Both the position numbers and the translations under genes were made by a program. A stretch of 64,000 bases of DNA from the human T2T-CHM13v2.0 reference genome, Homo sapiens, in the NCBI RefSeq assembly GCF_009914755.1, contig NC_060940.1; one strand, 5' to 3'. Positions within the stretch are counted from its first letter, which is position 1. Each line of letters starts with the position of its first letter. Of this stretch, positions 32,604 to 44,612 are shown piece after piece. Under the pieces are notes generated by a model. The model saw nothing but the letters and a program-made list of their open reading frames with translations, had not been told where the DNA came from and did not search any database.

Positions 32604-32970
32604 TGTATTAGTCTGTTTTCACACTGCTGATACAGACATACCCGAGACTGGGCAATTTACAAAAGAAAGGTTTATTGGACTTACAGTTCCACATGAGTGG
32701 GGAGGCCTCACAATCATGGTGGAAGGTAAAAAGCATGGAGGAGCAAGTTACGTCTTACATGGATGGTGGCAAAAAGAGAATTTGTGCAGGGGAACTCCTC
32801 TTTTTAAAATCATCAGCTCTCATGAGACTCATTCACTATCACGAGAACAGTACAGGAAAGACCCATCTCCATAATTCAGTCACTTCCTACCGGTCCCTCC
32901 CATGACATGTAAATAGTGGGAGTTACAATTCAAGATGAGATTTGGGTGGGGAGACAGCTAAACCATATCA
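32604..32970 (-). mobile_element. THE1A/B solo LTR
   Basis: tgtattagtc...aaaccatatca with a perfect 5-bp TSD tgtcc at 32599-32603 and 32971-32975. Confidence 0.92.
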
Positions 32971-34675
32971 TGTCCTACAGGACAAAAAACTGTAACCTCT
33001 GTGGTTATCTTTTCTACCCATCATTACTTGTATCTCTGCCAGACAGAAATCTGTGAATTAACATGTAATGTTGTTAAGCCTGAAACCATCATTGAGTAGT
33101 GAACAGTACATTTTCCTAGATAATTAAATAATCTTTGAATTGACAAGTTAATGCCTGTATACGACATTGAAAGAACATGCAACCCACATTTTTGTCTTAT
33201 TTTCAAGTTTTGAACCTTTTTTCTTAGTAATATAATGAAAATCAAGTTTTGTAAAATTAAATAAATCCAAAGACATAAAAGGTAAGCTTTTAAAAAAATA
33301 GATGGAACAGGTATAACATTACTATGTCACATTGCTTTCAACTTCTGTACTCGTCATGGGCCCCTAACAAGAGGTTGGGCATTGGTCTGTGGACCACACA
33401 TTTAGTGTTAAGATAGGAATAACTTAACTCCAAATACCTTCCAGTTTGGGATGTCTTTATTCAAATTCCTGGTAGAGAAGCTGATTGGCCTGGCATTGGG
33501 TCAAGAGCCCACTTTGTGGTCTAGCAGACAGGTATCATGTTTGGAAGCCCATTCCCTAAACTAGGGACTGTAAACAAACAAAAATCAGAAGCATCCATAC
33601 AGTTACTGAGTTTGGAGAGGTAGCCCAAACAAGGGGAGGACTTGGGCAGTGCTGAGCTCTGACCATAGAAAAAAAGTATCTGGGAACTATCTCAAGCGTC
33701 ATTTAGGCTCCCCCATTTCAAGCATGCACCCAAACAGCTCATATACTATACAGTAAATACAACTTCTCAAAGTAGAAGATAACTGGTGTTAAAACAAGAC
33801 TACATTTATGAGAACTCACTTCCATAAGGGCAAATACTACCTTAACAGAATCTCAGCAACATTCCAGAAGATGGAAGTCAGAATAGATATTTATAGGGCT
33901 TGTAGGGAGGGTATAGCCTCAAGCAATTTAAGATAGGAAGATGATTGGTATTGGGTAAATTCATGACATCTTGATTTAAGATTGTTAGACATAGCAAGAT
34001 GAGTTTACTGAAATAAGTCTGACAAGTAGGTTATTGTTTGATAGATGAGCTATTTATCTAGCTAAGGAGACTGTTGTCCCAGATAAATTGATATGCATGG
34101 ATTGTCCAAATGAAGCAGTGAAATTGTTCCTGGTTTAGAGCCTTATGTTTCGTGGACAAAGGTTTCTGTGAACAATTAAGTCAGGTTGACGAAGGTGATC
34201 TCAGTTGTTGGTCTTAAGCACTACGCCATGTTGATTTAGGTGGTCTGAATTCTCAGGACATGGTAGTTCACATTTGTTCCATGTTAGCATTTCCCAAACT
34301 TCTGTCTGTGGAACACTATTCTGCAGAGTGGTAACAGCAATGCAATGGGGGGAAACATATTTTGAAGTTAAGTAAGTTTGGGAAATTCTGTTTTGTTTTT
34401 TAATTTAAACTGTAGGCCCTCTCAAGTCTTTATGATGTGAAAATGCACAGTAAATATTCCAGAAAGCATGCAAAAATACCCCAGAATCTAACTCCTTTCC
34501 AGTCTGAAGAGCTCCTCAAATCTCTCCTAAAGTTACTTGCTTTACGCACAGCCACCTCTATTCATTTTTTTTTTTTAAATTTCCAGTAGCCAGTGTAACC
34601 TGGGGGCCAGGGAAGACCTGAACCTCTAGGACTCAAACCCTGTCATGATTCTTGAGGAGAGAGGAAGGTGGAAAT

Positions 34676-34690
34676 ACATACATACACATA

Positions 34691-34753
<63 letters not shown>

Positions 34754-34772
34754 TCTATATATGTATATATAT
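34676..34772. repeat. (CA)n microsatellite with TA flanks
   Basis: About 22 CA units, then tata, further ca units and tatat. Confidence 0.95.
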
Positions 34773-34969
34773 TCTCATTCTGCTAAACTAATCGAAAGTA
34801 AGATATAGTAAAATGTTTGAAAATACATATGTGCAGCTTTGAAATGTCTTCCCATATCATAATGGCTGTGGAATCAGCCTCAGAAGCCAGATTGTCTGAG
34901 CCCCAAGGAAACGTCAAACCCCTCTCCCTCTCCAGTAGCATTCCCCAGTCTGTGTCACCTAGACGAAAA

Positions 34970-35385
34970 GGATCTCAGGGTGGGTGGCAATGCTCCTTCA
35001 CTGAAATCTGCAGTTATCTCTACCCAAGGCTTACAGTAAATTTTTTGCAAATTAGAAAGCCCTTTGCTCTCTCAGTAAACCCTGGCTTTCAAGATTTTTG
35101 TTTTAGTAAAGTCTTTAGACTAAATGTTGAATCTTTCACTCTCTTTGCTCCTAATCATCTCTAAGACAGCAAATGCCTCTAGCAAAAAAGAGGAGACGTC
35201 AACTGGGAAAATTTGAAGAGAAAGTCACACAGATACATTTCAGTAAGGTTGTCTCTGTTACTTGAGGCTTACAAGAAGGAAAGAATTCCCTCTCTAAACA
35301 CACTCTAAACACACAGGAGTTGAGAACGGGGAGATTTATTCCAGAACCCCTCCTGTGCGTTGGGGCTTCTGGTAGCTTGCCTTTC
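34970..35385. other. PV92 polymorphic Alu insertion locus, empty (non-insertion) allele
   Basis: GGATCTCAGGGTGGGTGGCAATGCT (34970) and TTGGGGCTTCTGGTAGCTTGCCTTTC (35360-35385) match the recalled PV92 primers and span 416 bp, the known empty-allele size. The inner primer AACTGGGAAAATTTGAAGAGAAAGT is at 35201. No Alu lies between them. Confidence 0.95.
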
Positions 35386-36156
35386 TTGGTAACGATTTTC
35401 TCAAAGACTGGGTAGATTCGAGTGGAGCCTGGGGCATGGTTGTTGGTCCAATGGCGGGGGTTGGGGAGACACAAGCAGTTGGCAGGGAACTTACAAATCT
35501 CCAGGAGGTTATTGAGAATAAAAATTCAGATATTGCCATCTTTTCCATTTCAAAGCACCAAGAGTCTGTCATCAGCAATTGTGCCTTTCTAGGTGTCACC
35601 TGAATATCTAACATTGAGGCATTGAAAGATAGATCAGGACTGATTTTACTGAGCATTTTCAAAGGCAGCAGGCAGGCTTTTCAATGCTGCATGAGATCCT
35701 CACCTTCTCTGAGGTGACAGGGGCTTCTGTTTTCTTGAGTCTCCCTGTTTGCTGATGTCATCCCCTCCTACCCCATGACCATGACACCAACTACATCCAT
35801 GATGTATATTTCCAATGTGTTTCAACTTATGGTCAGCTCCCACCAGCTCCATATTCTGGTGGGATAAGCAAGCCTTGCCTTGAGCTTTGCAGGCTGGGCC
35901 CATGGTTGTGGACATCACAGCTCTGGTCCTCATAGTATTGGTGGCAGGCAGATGCCCAGCTCTGGCACCTGAATGCTTGGATTTGGATGCCAGCTCTAAT
36001 ACTTACTAGCTCTGTAACCTAGAAAAAGCTCCTTAGCTTCTCTGCACTTTAGGTTTCTTTTTTAAGGAACACTGAAGGAAAATCTGAGGCTGGTACAGTC
36101 TCTGCTTGGCAAATGGTGGTTATTTCTATCCATTAATGTCATCTGATCATGGCCCC

Positions 36157-36908
36157 TCAAACCTCACTTTGAGCCTTGTGAGCAAATGATACATACTGTT
36201 TATATATATATTTTCCTATATATGTAGAAAAATATATATTAAATAAATATAAAATATATAATTTAATTAAATATATTTAATATATATTTATAGTATATTA
36301 ATATTTAATATATACTATATAATATATACATATATTGTATATTTTATATACAATATTATATATTATATTTATATGTAATTGTATATTTATACATAATATA
36401 AAATATCTATTATATGTTACATATATTTAGATATAATATATTTTACATAAATTATAATATATAATAATATAACCAGTATGTTTCATTATATATAATATAT
36501 AGATACATACTGATTATATATGAGTATATAACATATTTACATGATATATAATATATAAGTATATAAAATATGAATATATATTATATAATTTATAAATATA
36601 TATAAATTATGCAAATTATATTTGTGAATATATAATAGATTTATCTAAATATATGTTATATTTAGCTATAGAAATATATATTATATATTTAGATATTATA
36701 GAAATATATAATATATATTATAACATCAGTATGTATCATTATATATAGATCCATACAGATTATATATTAATATATAATAGATTATATTAATAGATCATAT
36801 ATAATCATATAATGGATTAATAGATTATATATACTATTTATGTAATCAGTATGTATATATATTATTTCAAACCTCACTTTGAGCCATGTGAGCAAATGAT
36901 ACATACTG
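36157..36908. repeat. AT-rich low-complexity block bounded by 42-bp direct repeats
   Basis: tcaaacctcactttgagcc(t/a)tgtgagcaaatgatacatactg at 36157-36198 and 36867-36908, with TA-rich sequence between. Confidence 0.92.
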
Positions 36909-38029
36909 ATCATACCTACTGATCAGTGTATATTTCAGTCTCTTTGTATCGCCCTATATATTTTCCACTTTGCAATGAGAGGCCTTTGCTTCTCAAGTGC
37001 AGCGTCCTCATGCTTCTCCCACCTGAACAAATTATTAACCCTGTAAACCGGCTTTCAGCAAGCTACGTGGATGAGGGGTCTGAAGGTTTTTAGTTTCTTA
37101 TTAGACTGTCTCTCGTTTCACTTACATGGTACCCGCTGGGTTGATTGCTTCATATATCGGTGGTACTAATGTGGATATTGAATGTTTCACCTGCCGAGGG
37201 CCTTCATCTAATTCATACTGAGCACATAGAAAGGTGATTTGAATGGGGGCATTTGCTCTGTTATTTTGGTGATGGATTTAGGGAAATGGAAAGTAGCAAA
37301 TTGCTTTGTTTTTGGACCTTTGCCAGGTCCATCCTGGTTATGGATAATACTTGCTTGGTTGATTGAAGAAGGCCAGCTGCTACTCTAATAGCCCAAGTCA
37401 ATGGCCAACGGTGCCTGATTAGCAAGCCTGCTATGCTTACTGTAGTGAAAAACATCTTATAATTATAAATTAATACCCTTTCTATTATACATCAATATGC
37501 TGGTATATTTCATAAGTTGGCCAGCCCTTCATGACTAATATTGATATTAAGGTCAACTCTAGTTTTATGATACCAAGGCAAAGAACATCTTTAAGAAAAT
37601 TTAGATACAACTCCTGACTTTGAATGAGGGAATTCATACTGAGAACCTCAGTGTTACCATTTGTAAATCAGATTAAATAATGCCCAACATCTGGGGCTTT
37701 GAAAACCAATGGGATAAACTTTGTGAGAACAATTTTTAAAGCCTTTAGACATTACCCCGTGGTGTCTAGTGTCTCTTCATATTTTCCTCTGGGTTTATCT
37801 TGACCCTTTCAAATGGAATGCGTGGATGCCATTAGTATTTATAACATTCATTTTCAGTGCTTTAGTATTGTTTTTTTCTTTATTGTTGTGTAATATGTAT
37901 GGAAAAGGCATATAGCAAAGGGTGATCAATGGCTGGGCTTATCCTAATCTTTGTGCATGTGCTTGGGTGTGTAGAGGCTTCCGTTCGTGTCTCTGGGCCA
38001 TCTTGCATAGGGGTTCAAGCTCCCATTTG

Positions 38030-38440
38030 GATGCCATGGGTTGAAGTCTCCGGAAAGCTGACCTCAGATGAGGATTGGTGTGTAGGAAGTTTATTAGGGA
38101 GTATTCTGGGGGTCATCTGCTGTGGGAGGGAGGGGAAGAAAGCTGGAGTCTGACAGTCTTATCAAAGGCTCAGTCAATATCACAGGGACTCTGAAGCCAG
38201 GATGGCTGTTCACAATGGTCCTGAGTTGGGGCAAGGGAGCCAAGCCTGTATAACTCCATTACAATCTGTTTTTGGATGCGGGCTGTGGGAAGGAGCCATG
38301 ACCTTAGAGGAAAAGACTGTCTTTAGCCAAGGTAACCCATAGAGGACTGACAGGTGAAGGCTGTCTGCAGAACCTGGGAAACATAGTCCTTCCGTCCTGA
38401 AAAGGAATACAACAGGCACATTACAGAATTCACTACAGTC
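38030..38440 (-). mobile_element. LTR16-like ERVL LTR
   Basis: gtgtaggaagtttattagggagtattctgggggtcatctgctgtgggagggagggg. Confidence 0.55.
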
Positions 38441-40134
38441 ATCTAGAAAACAAAGCCATCTGGTATCCATGGAGACAGCTTCCATAGTCACTATTGCCCT
38501 TGGAGACAGACACCCACATTCCTAGTGTGGTTGCCTGACAGTGGTGAGGAGGAGGGGGCTGACTATCTGAGTGTCCCCCTGCGATACGATAGCATGTCAC
38601 CTGGTTCATGACCCCCACACCCAGGTCTCTTTCCAGAGCTCACCCCTTTTTGAGGCTGGCACCACCCTGGACCCACCACCAGCTTCTGTGGCAGTGCTTA
38701 CTCTGCTGTTTAACCTGCAGTACTAATTCCTGTCTTTCAAGAACTCTGTCTTTCAAGTTCCCCATTATTAACTTTAATGTATGATTATTTATGTGTATCT
38801 ATTCATGCATCTATGTTTTTATTAATTTAGGTATGAGTGAGTCCTCAGCTCAGTCTGATTCACATCAGAGCTTTTTTAAAAAAATAAATATCAGGAATTT
38901 TTAGAGCATGTAAATTATGATTCAATTCACACTTGTCTTTTTATGAGTTACTGCCATGGTGTGAATAAAGCACACAAGTGTCACAAAGATATTAACATAA
39001 TAATAAGCATTAATCTCCACTAGTAGAGTGTTACTAGGCAGGGTTCCTTCCAGCTGCCATATCAGGAATCCTTCCAGCCTGGGTACTAATGTCATCTTCC
39101 TTTGGAGACCAGGCATGAAGAGTCACTCACTTCCTGAAGTCACTGGGACTGAAATCCAGGCAGTCTGGCTCTAGTCTCCAACTCCGCTGCCAATGACCAC
39201 CAGCATTGCAAACCCGTACACATGCGTATCAGGCAGACCTGGCCGCTGGCAGGCAAGCTAACCAGCTGTGAACCATGGTCACCGCTGCAGGGTAGGGCTC
39301 GATGATCAGAATGTGTTCCTTCATTTCTTAACCATGCTGGAAAAAGTATGTAGAGGGACTAAGGGTGTTTTTATTTTCTTTGGCTTTTTTCCTTCCTTCC
39401 CTCCCTTCCTATCACCCTTCCTTCTTTCCATTCTCCCTTTTTCCCTCTCTCTCTCCCTTTCTTCCTTCCTTTTAGAAAAAACAAACCTAACAGTATGTAT
39501 GTCTAATACATACAAAATCTGGTATTTAATTTTAAAAATTTATTCATACGCTTGGTAAGATTTTTACCAAGCCATTTGGTTTTTTATTCACTCTCTCTGA
39601 TGTGGATCATGCCTATTCTCCTTCTTGGGATATTAGGAGAAAAAAAGGATACTATGATTTTCTTAAAATGGAGCTGTTTAAATGAAGGAAGCATGTATAA
39701 GCCTACCCCTTTAATGGGAGGGTTCAATAAATCCTAGAATTTGCCTGTAATGTGTAGAGGTCTAAAGAGATTTGTCCTATGAGAAAGTTCACTAATTTCA
39801 ATTATCTGGGTTTTATTATCACCTTCTAAGGGTTAGAGAGACAGGATTTTACAGAATGCCATCACCTGAGGCTGTGACAATGGGGTTTCACACCATTAAA
39901 TTCAGAAAGCATAAGAGAAGAGATAAGAAATGAGAGGGCTTGAAGTGCATGCCAGTTCCGTTGTGGAAAATATGACCTACTAAGCAGCTATGAGAAATGA
40001 AAGCAGGCAGTGTCATCTCATGATCTATTGCTATTGTATGTGAAATGCTTTCTATATTAGCTGTTGTTAATTACCATCATCCCCACCGTCACATCATTGT
40101 ATTTAATAGCAGGAGAAAGGAAGCAGCTGTTGTA

Positions 40135-40320
40135 GGCAAAGCTCTCACACTTGAGTGTCTATCAGAGTCACCTGGGGGAACGTGTGCAAATGCAGATTGC
40201 CAGGCCCTTTGCCTAGTGGTTCACAATGAGTATGATCAGGCTGGAACACAGGAATCTGCATGTTTTCCATCGACTATCTCAGCTGATTCTGATTCAGGTG
40301 GTATGAGGATTACACTGAAA
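40135..40320. mobile_element. MER5A-like MITE
   Basis: atcagagtcacctggggg...aaatgcagattgccaggccc...ggaatctgcatgtttt. Confidence 0.75.
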
Positions 40321-40634
40321 TAGCAAACCCATGCTTTGTCTCCTGTTAGTCTAGACAGTAGGCATCTTTCTGTTACCTCTTGGGTGTAATGTTTAGTTTA
40401 AATTTCAGTTCCTCATCTCTACGAGGGAGTCATAAATTTGCATCTTGCTCACAGAGCTGCTGTGAGGATTAGCTGAGCTCGTGCCCAGAATGGAGCAGCC
40501 TCTAATATTTGCTGTGCTGTCTCTAGAGAGCAACAGGGAGGCATTTCATGGTCTTCCCCATCTTGGTCCTCACTGTATCTTTCTGTTCTTACTCTGTGCC
40601 TGGGACAGCTTTAGGGCTTAATGAACATAACAGA

Positions 40635-40885
40635 ATGCTGAAGAGCTCAGCCACTGGAGCCCAGCTGCTTGGATGCAAATCTTGGCTCTCCAACTTAATG
40701 CCTGTTCATGAGCAAGTTATTTAACCTCCTAGTACCTCAGTTTCCTCCTCTGTAAAATGGGCTTGATTATCAGACCCCCATCATAGGTGTTTTTTTTTGG
40801 GTGTATGAGATGAATTATTATGACTACAACACTTAAAACCAATAATGAAGTGCCATGTAGATGTTCATTAGGTGAATAAATACAA
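40635..40885 (+). mobile_element. MIR
   Basis: gagcaagttatttaacctcctagtacctcagtttcctcctctgtaaaatggg. Confidence 0.8.
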
Positions 40886-42139
40886 ATATTGTTGATTGAA
40901 TGCATGTCTGCATGCACGCTGTTTCTTTCCTTATGCTCTTTCTTTCCAACATAATACAGATGTATTCTACTAGCTGACAGACTTTTAAAGTAGAGGCCAC
41001 TTTTAAAAGCCTGGGCTCCCACGAGAAGGAAATCTGCAGGTATAAGATGGGTTTGTCAGTCAGCAGAGGCATGCTATTGAGAAAAGGAGGCAACCTGGGG
41101 AGGGGGTGTTAGAAGAGAGCTTGGGATTCAGTTCTTCTAACCAGGAGAGCTGACAAGTAACAAAATGAGACTCCTTCTGTTGTCTGTTGCAGTAGACAAA
41201 GCAAGATGCTTAGTTAACAGCAGCAACCCAGTGCCTGTAATTTTCAAGTCCTTGGAGGCACACCATGTCACCCAAGGTAAGCCAGGGGACACAGGAGGGA
41301 AGCAAGAGAAGCCAGGGAGAATCTATTTCCTGTGTCCCCTGTAGGTGTTTGACTCACCTAAAGTTAACACTAATAGAACATTTGCTCAGAAATGTCATCG
41401 CTGAAATAAACGTGTTAAATTTAAACTTGACTGCCCCAATTCATCTGTTATGCAATTGAACTGGAAACAGCTCAGACTTAAAAGGCATCTCCAAGTTTTT
41501 CTCAGCCAACAAGACTTAGGCCACTTTGTTTTCTCAGATTTTTCAGCCTTGTCCAATTTTTGGCTAAAAATCCTTTTTGAAAACTTCAGCAGCCATATTA
41601 TTTTCTTCTCCAGTCATCAACTTATAACGTAAAGACAAAGCTGTGGGGAAAATCTAAAGTTGCGTCAAATTTTTATTTTCTAGCCAGCTACAGCTCTAGT
41701 CTAAAGCTCTTTCTTTTGGGGAGAAAATCCCATTTGCACATTTCCTCTTAGTTGGGTGGACTTACCCATATATACTTGGGTGACATTCAGGAGGCTACTT
41801 TGTGTTTTGGCTGTGTATTCGAATTTTTCTTCCGGTACTATATACAGCAAGAGAAGGGGATGTTGTTCAGCTCTTGTTCTACCTAAAACCCAACTGCACT
41901 TTTGCAAGAGATGGATACAAAGATGGATGCATAATGCATGATAGTATATTATGAGCACTACTCTTATGGCTTTGCATTGTAAGTAATTTTAATGTAAAAC
42001 ATATTTCTATAGTCTGGTTACAAAAACAAAACATTTTAGAAAATTTGGTCATTCTCCTGAAAACAGCAAAAAGAAGAAAAAAAATCATAAAAGATCTGCT
42101 GAAAAATAATCAGTTTTATGTTTTTTCTTTCATGACAGC

Positions 42140-42432
42140 TTCATCCATCTATCCACCTATCCATTCTTGTAGCTCTCCATCCACCCACCCATCTATATAC
42201 ACCTCCCACCCCCCCACCCACTCATTCATTCATCCACCTACCCATCCATCCATCCATCCACCCATCCACCCATCCATCCACCCATCCATCTATCCATTCA
42301 TCCATCCATCCATCCATCCATCCAGCCATCCATCCATTCACTTATCCTGCCTTGCATCCTACCTTCTATCCATCTGTCCTTCTACCTTTTCTTCTATCTA
42401 TCTGTATATTCTTTAATCTATCCATCCATTCA
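42140..42432. repeat. (TCCA)n degenerate tetranucleotide repeat
   Basis: Extended catccatccacc arrays. Confidence 0.92.
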
Positions 42433-42459
42433 TCCTGGGAAGAAATAATAGTATCTTTA

Positions 42460-42725
42460 AAATGTAGTGCATTGGTTACAAGCACAAGATCTTCAGTGAA
42501 TCACTTTGTGCATTCAAATTCTGTCTGTATGTATCATGCACTTTCTATGTAACCTTGGGCACGTTTTTATGCTTCTATGGCCTTTTCAGTCTTTAAAAAA
42601 TGGGGTTAATAATAGTGCCTACCTCATAGGGTTATGTCAGGATTTAATGATATAATCCATATAAGATACTTGACAAAGTGCCTGGCATAGAGGAAGTTCT
42701 CAGTAAATATTAGCTGTCTTTATCA
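42460..42725 (+). mobile_element. MIR
   Basis: gtaaccttgggcac...aaaatggggttaataatagtgcctacctcataggg...gtgcctggcatagagg. Confidence 0.8.
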
Positions 42726-42859
42726 TTATTATCCTCTTGCTAACTTAACAGAGTTTTCAAGATCTGGTGAGAAAACATGTAAAAGATACATAATATAATG
42801 TCTATTAAAATTATAATTATAAATGCAGTCATAAATATACACATGTATATTTCATTTAT

Positions 42860-43330
42860 GTTATTGATATCCATCTGTTTCATCAGCTCATTTTAAAGGT
42901 TTCTTTAATAGCTGAAAAATATTCTGTAGTACAAATATTTATAATCAAACTGTTATAGCTATTCATTTAGACTATATCAAATTTCTGTTGTTATTAATAA
43001 TGCTGCAGTGAACATCCTTATTCAGTTATTTCCTTAGATTAAGTTTTCAGAAGTGAAATTGGTGGTTACAGAGTGTACACATTGCAAAGCTGAATCATAT
43101 TGCCACAGTGCCTGGTGTTTGCATTTCCATATGGTTTTGATGGCCAGGTTTTCTGCACTATTGCCAGTGTATGTGTTATCACTGCAAACGTTTGCCATTT
43201 CGGTAGACAAACATGGGATGTTATTGCTATTTTATTAACTTGTTTTTATTTGATCACCAGCAAAGTTAAACTTTGCCATGTGTTTTTTGACCATATTCAT
43301 TTCTGTTTCTTAAAATTATCAACTTAGAAT
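42860..43330 (-). mobile_element. Old L1 (L1ME-like) fragment
   Basis: aataatgctgcagtgaacatcctt...tttccttagattaag...gaagtgaaattg. Confidence 0.6.
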
Positions 43331-43956
43331 ATTTGTGCAATTTTTTTTTTTTTTTACATGTGGAGCTTGTTCTTAATGATTCTGCCAGGGCTTAAAATTT
43401 TTACTTTCTAATGAGAAAGTTTTGGAATTTACTCTTTTCCAATTTATGAAAATTGGACACCGGCTCCATGCACTGTTCTAAGCCTTTTTCTGTGTTCTCT
43501 GTGATTCCTTAGAGCTTACTAACTGTGACCCTCCAGTCAAAACCATGTTTAACCAAGTGCTGATGGGCTTGAGTCCATTCCCAAGTGACTCGGAAGTTGC
43601 TTACTTCCCTACCTTTGAGTGGGTCTCATTTTATCTCTGTGATGTTTTCCTTGTCCTTCTAAGTCATATTCACTCTGCTCATTGAAGAAAAATGGTTGGT
43701 AATTGTAGTGGATAACTACTCCATTCTGTATGCCTTCTATGTCTTTTCTTGATGTGTGCACCTCTTTCTTTATCCTTATTTTTAAACTTGTGCTTATTAG
43801 ATAGGTTTCTGTACAACCATATCTGTGTAGGTTTCTCACCCTAGAAGCCTCCTTTTAAATAGGGCAAAGAAGCTACCTAAAGATTTCTCTTTAATATAGG
43901 GAGGAAACCACTTCCGAACTTGTGCCCAAAGATTTATCTTCACCAATGGTCTAGGA

Positions 43957-44095
43957 CAGAGGTCGGAAAACTTTTACTGTAAAGGGCCAAATAATACATA
44001 CTTTCAGCTTTGCAGGCCAGCTGGCCTGTGTTGTGACTACTACACAAAAGTAATAAGAGTCTAATTTGGCCCAGGAGTTTGCTGATTCCTGGTCT
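43957..44095. mobile_element. MER58A-like MITE
   Basis: cagaggtcggaaaacttttactgtaaagggccaaata...tttgctgattcctggtcta. Confidence 0.7.
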
Positions 44096-44326
44096 AAATG
44101 AGAGTAAAGAATGGGAAAGGGAATGGTGTGGGAGGAATAGGCATTTTAATTCATTGTTGTTAATGAGAAAGAGTCTTCAAACACCAGCATGCCCCTGTGG
44201 GTTGGATTAGGTTAGAAAATCCTTGGAGGACTGCCTTTTCCACCCCAGAGTCCTGGAGAGAAGAATGCAGCCTGACAGGAAGGATCTGGGTAGGTGACAT
44301 GTGGGGAGAGGATTAAAAGAAAGGAG

Positions 44327-44612
44327 GGCCAGTGGCTCACGCCTGTAATCCCAGCGCTTTGGGAGGCCAAGGTGGGCAGATCACCTGAGGTCAGGAGTTC
44401 GAGACGAGTCTGGCCAACGTGGTGAAACCTCATCTCTATTAAAAATACAAAAATTAGCTGGGCGTGGTGGTGCACACCTGTAGTCCCAGCTACTCTGGAG
44501 TCTGAGGCAGGAGAATTGCTTGAACCCTGCGGATGAGAGGTTGCAGTGATCTGAGCTCGCACCACTGCACTCTAGCCTGGGTAACAGAGTGAGACTCCGT
44601 CTCAGAAAAAAA
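44327..44612 (+). mobile_element. AluSx-like
   Basis: Alu with TSD aaaagaaaggag. Confidence 0.92.

Noticed and set aside
33600-34500. Possible old ERV LTR and Charlie-type MITE remnants
   Set aside because: Repeat-like, but I could not assign a family or boundaries confidently.
39385-39473. Polypyrimidine tract with triplex potential
   Set aside because: Imperfect low-complexity sequence with no long mirror symmetry; common in introns.
42045-42416. 123-aa His/Pro/Ser/Ile-rich ORF
   Set aside because: It is the translation of the (TCCA)n repeat.
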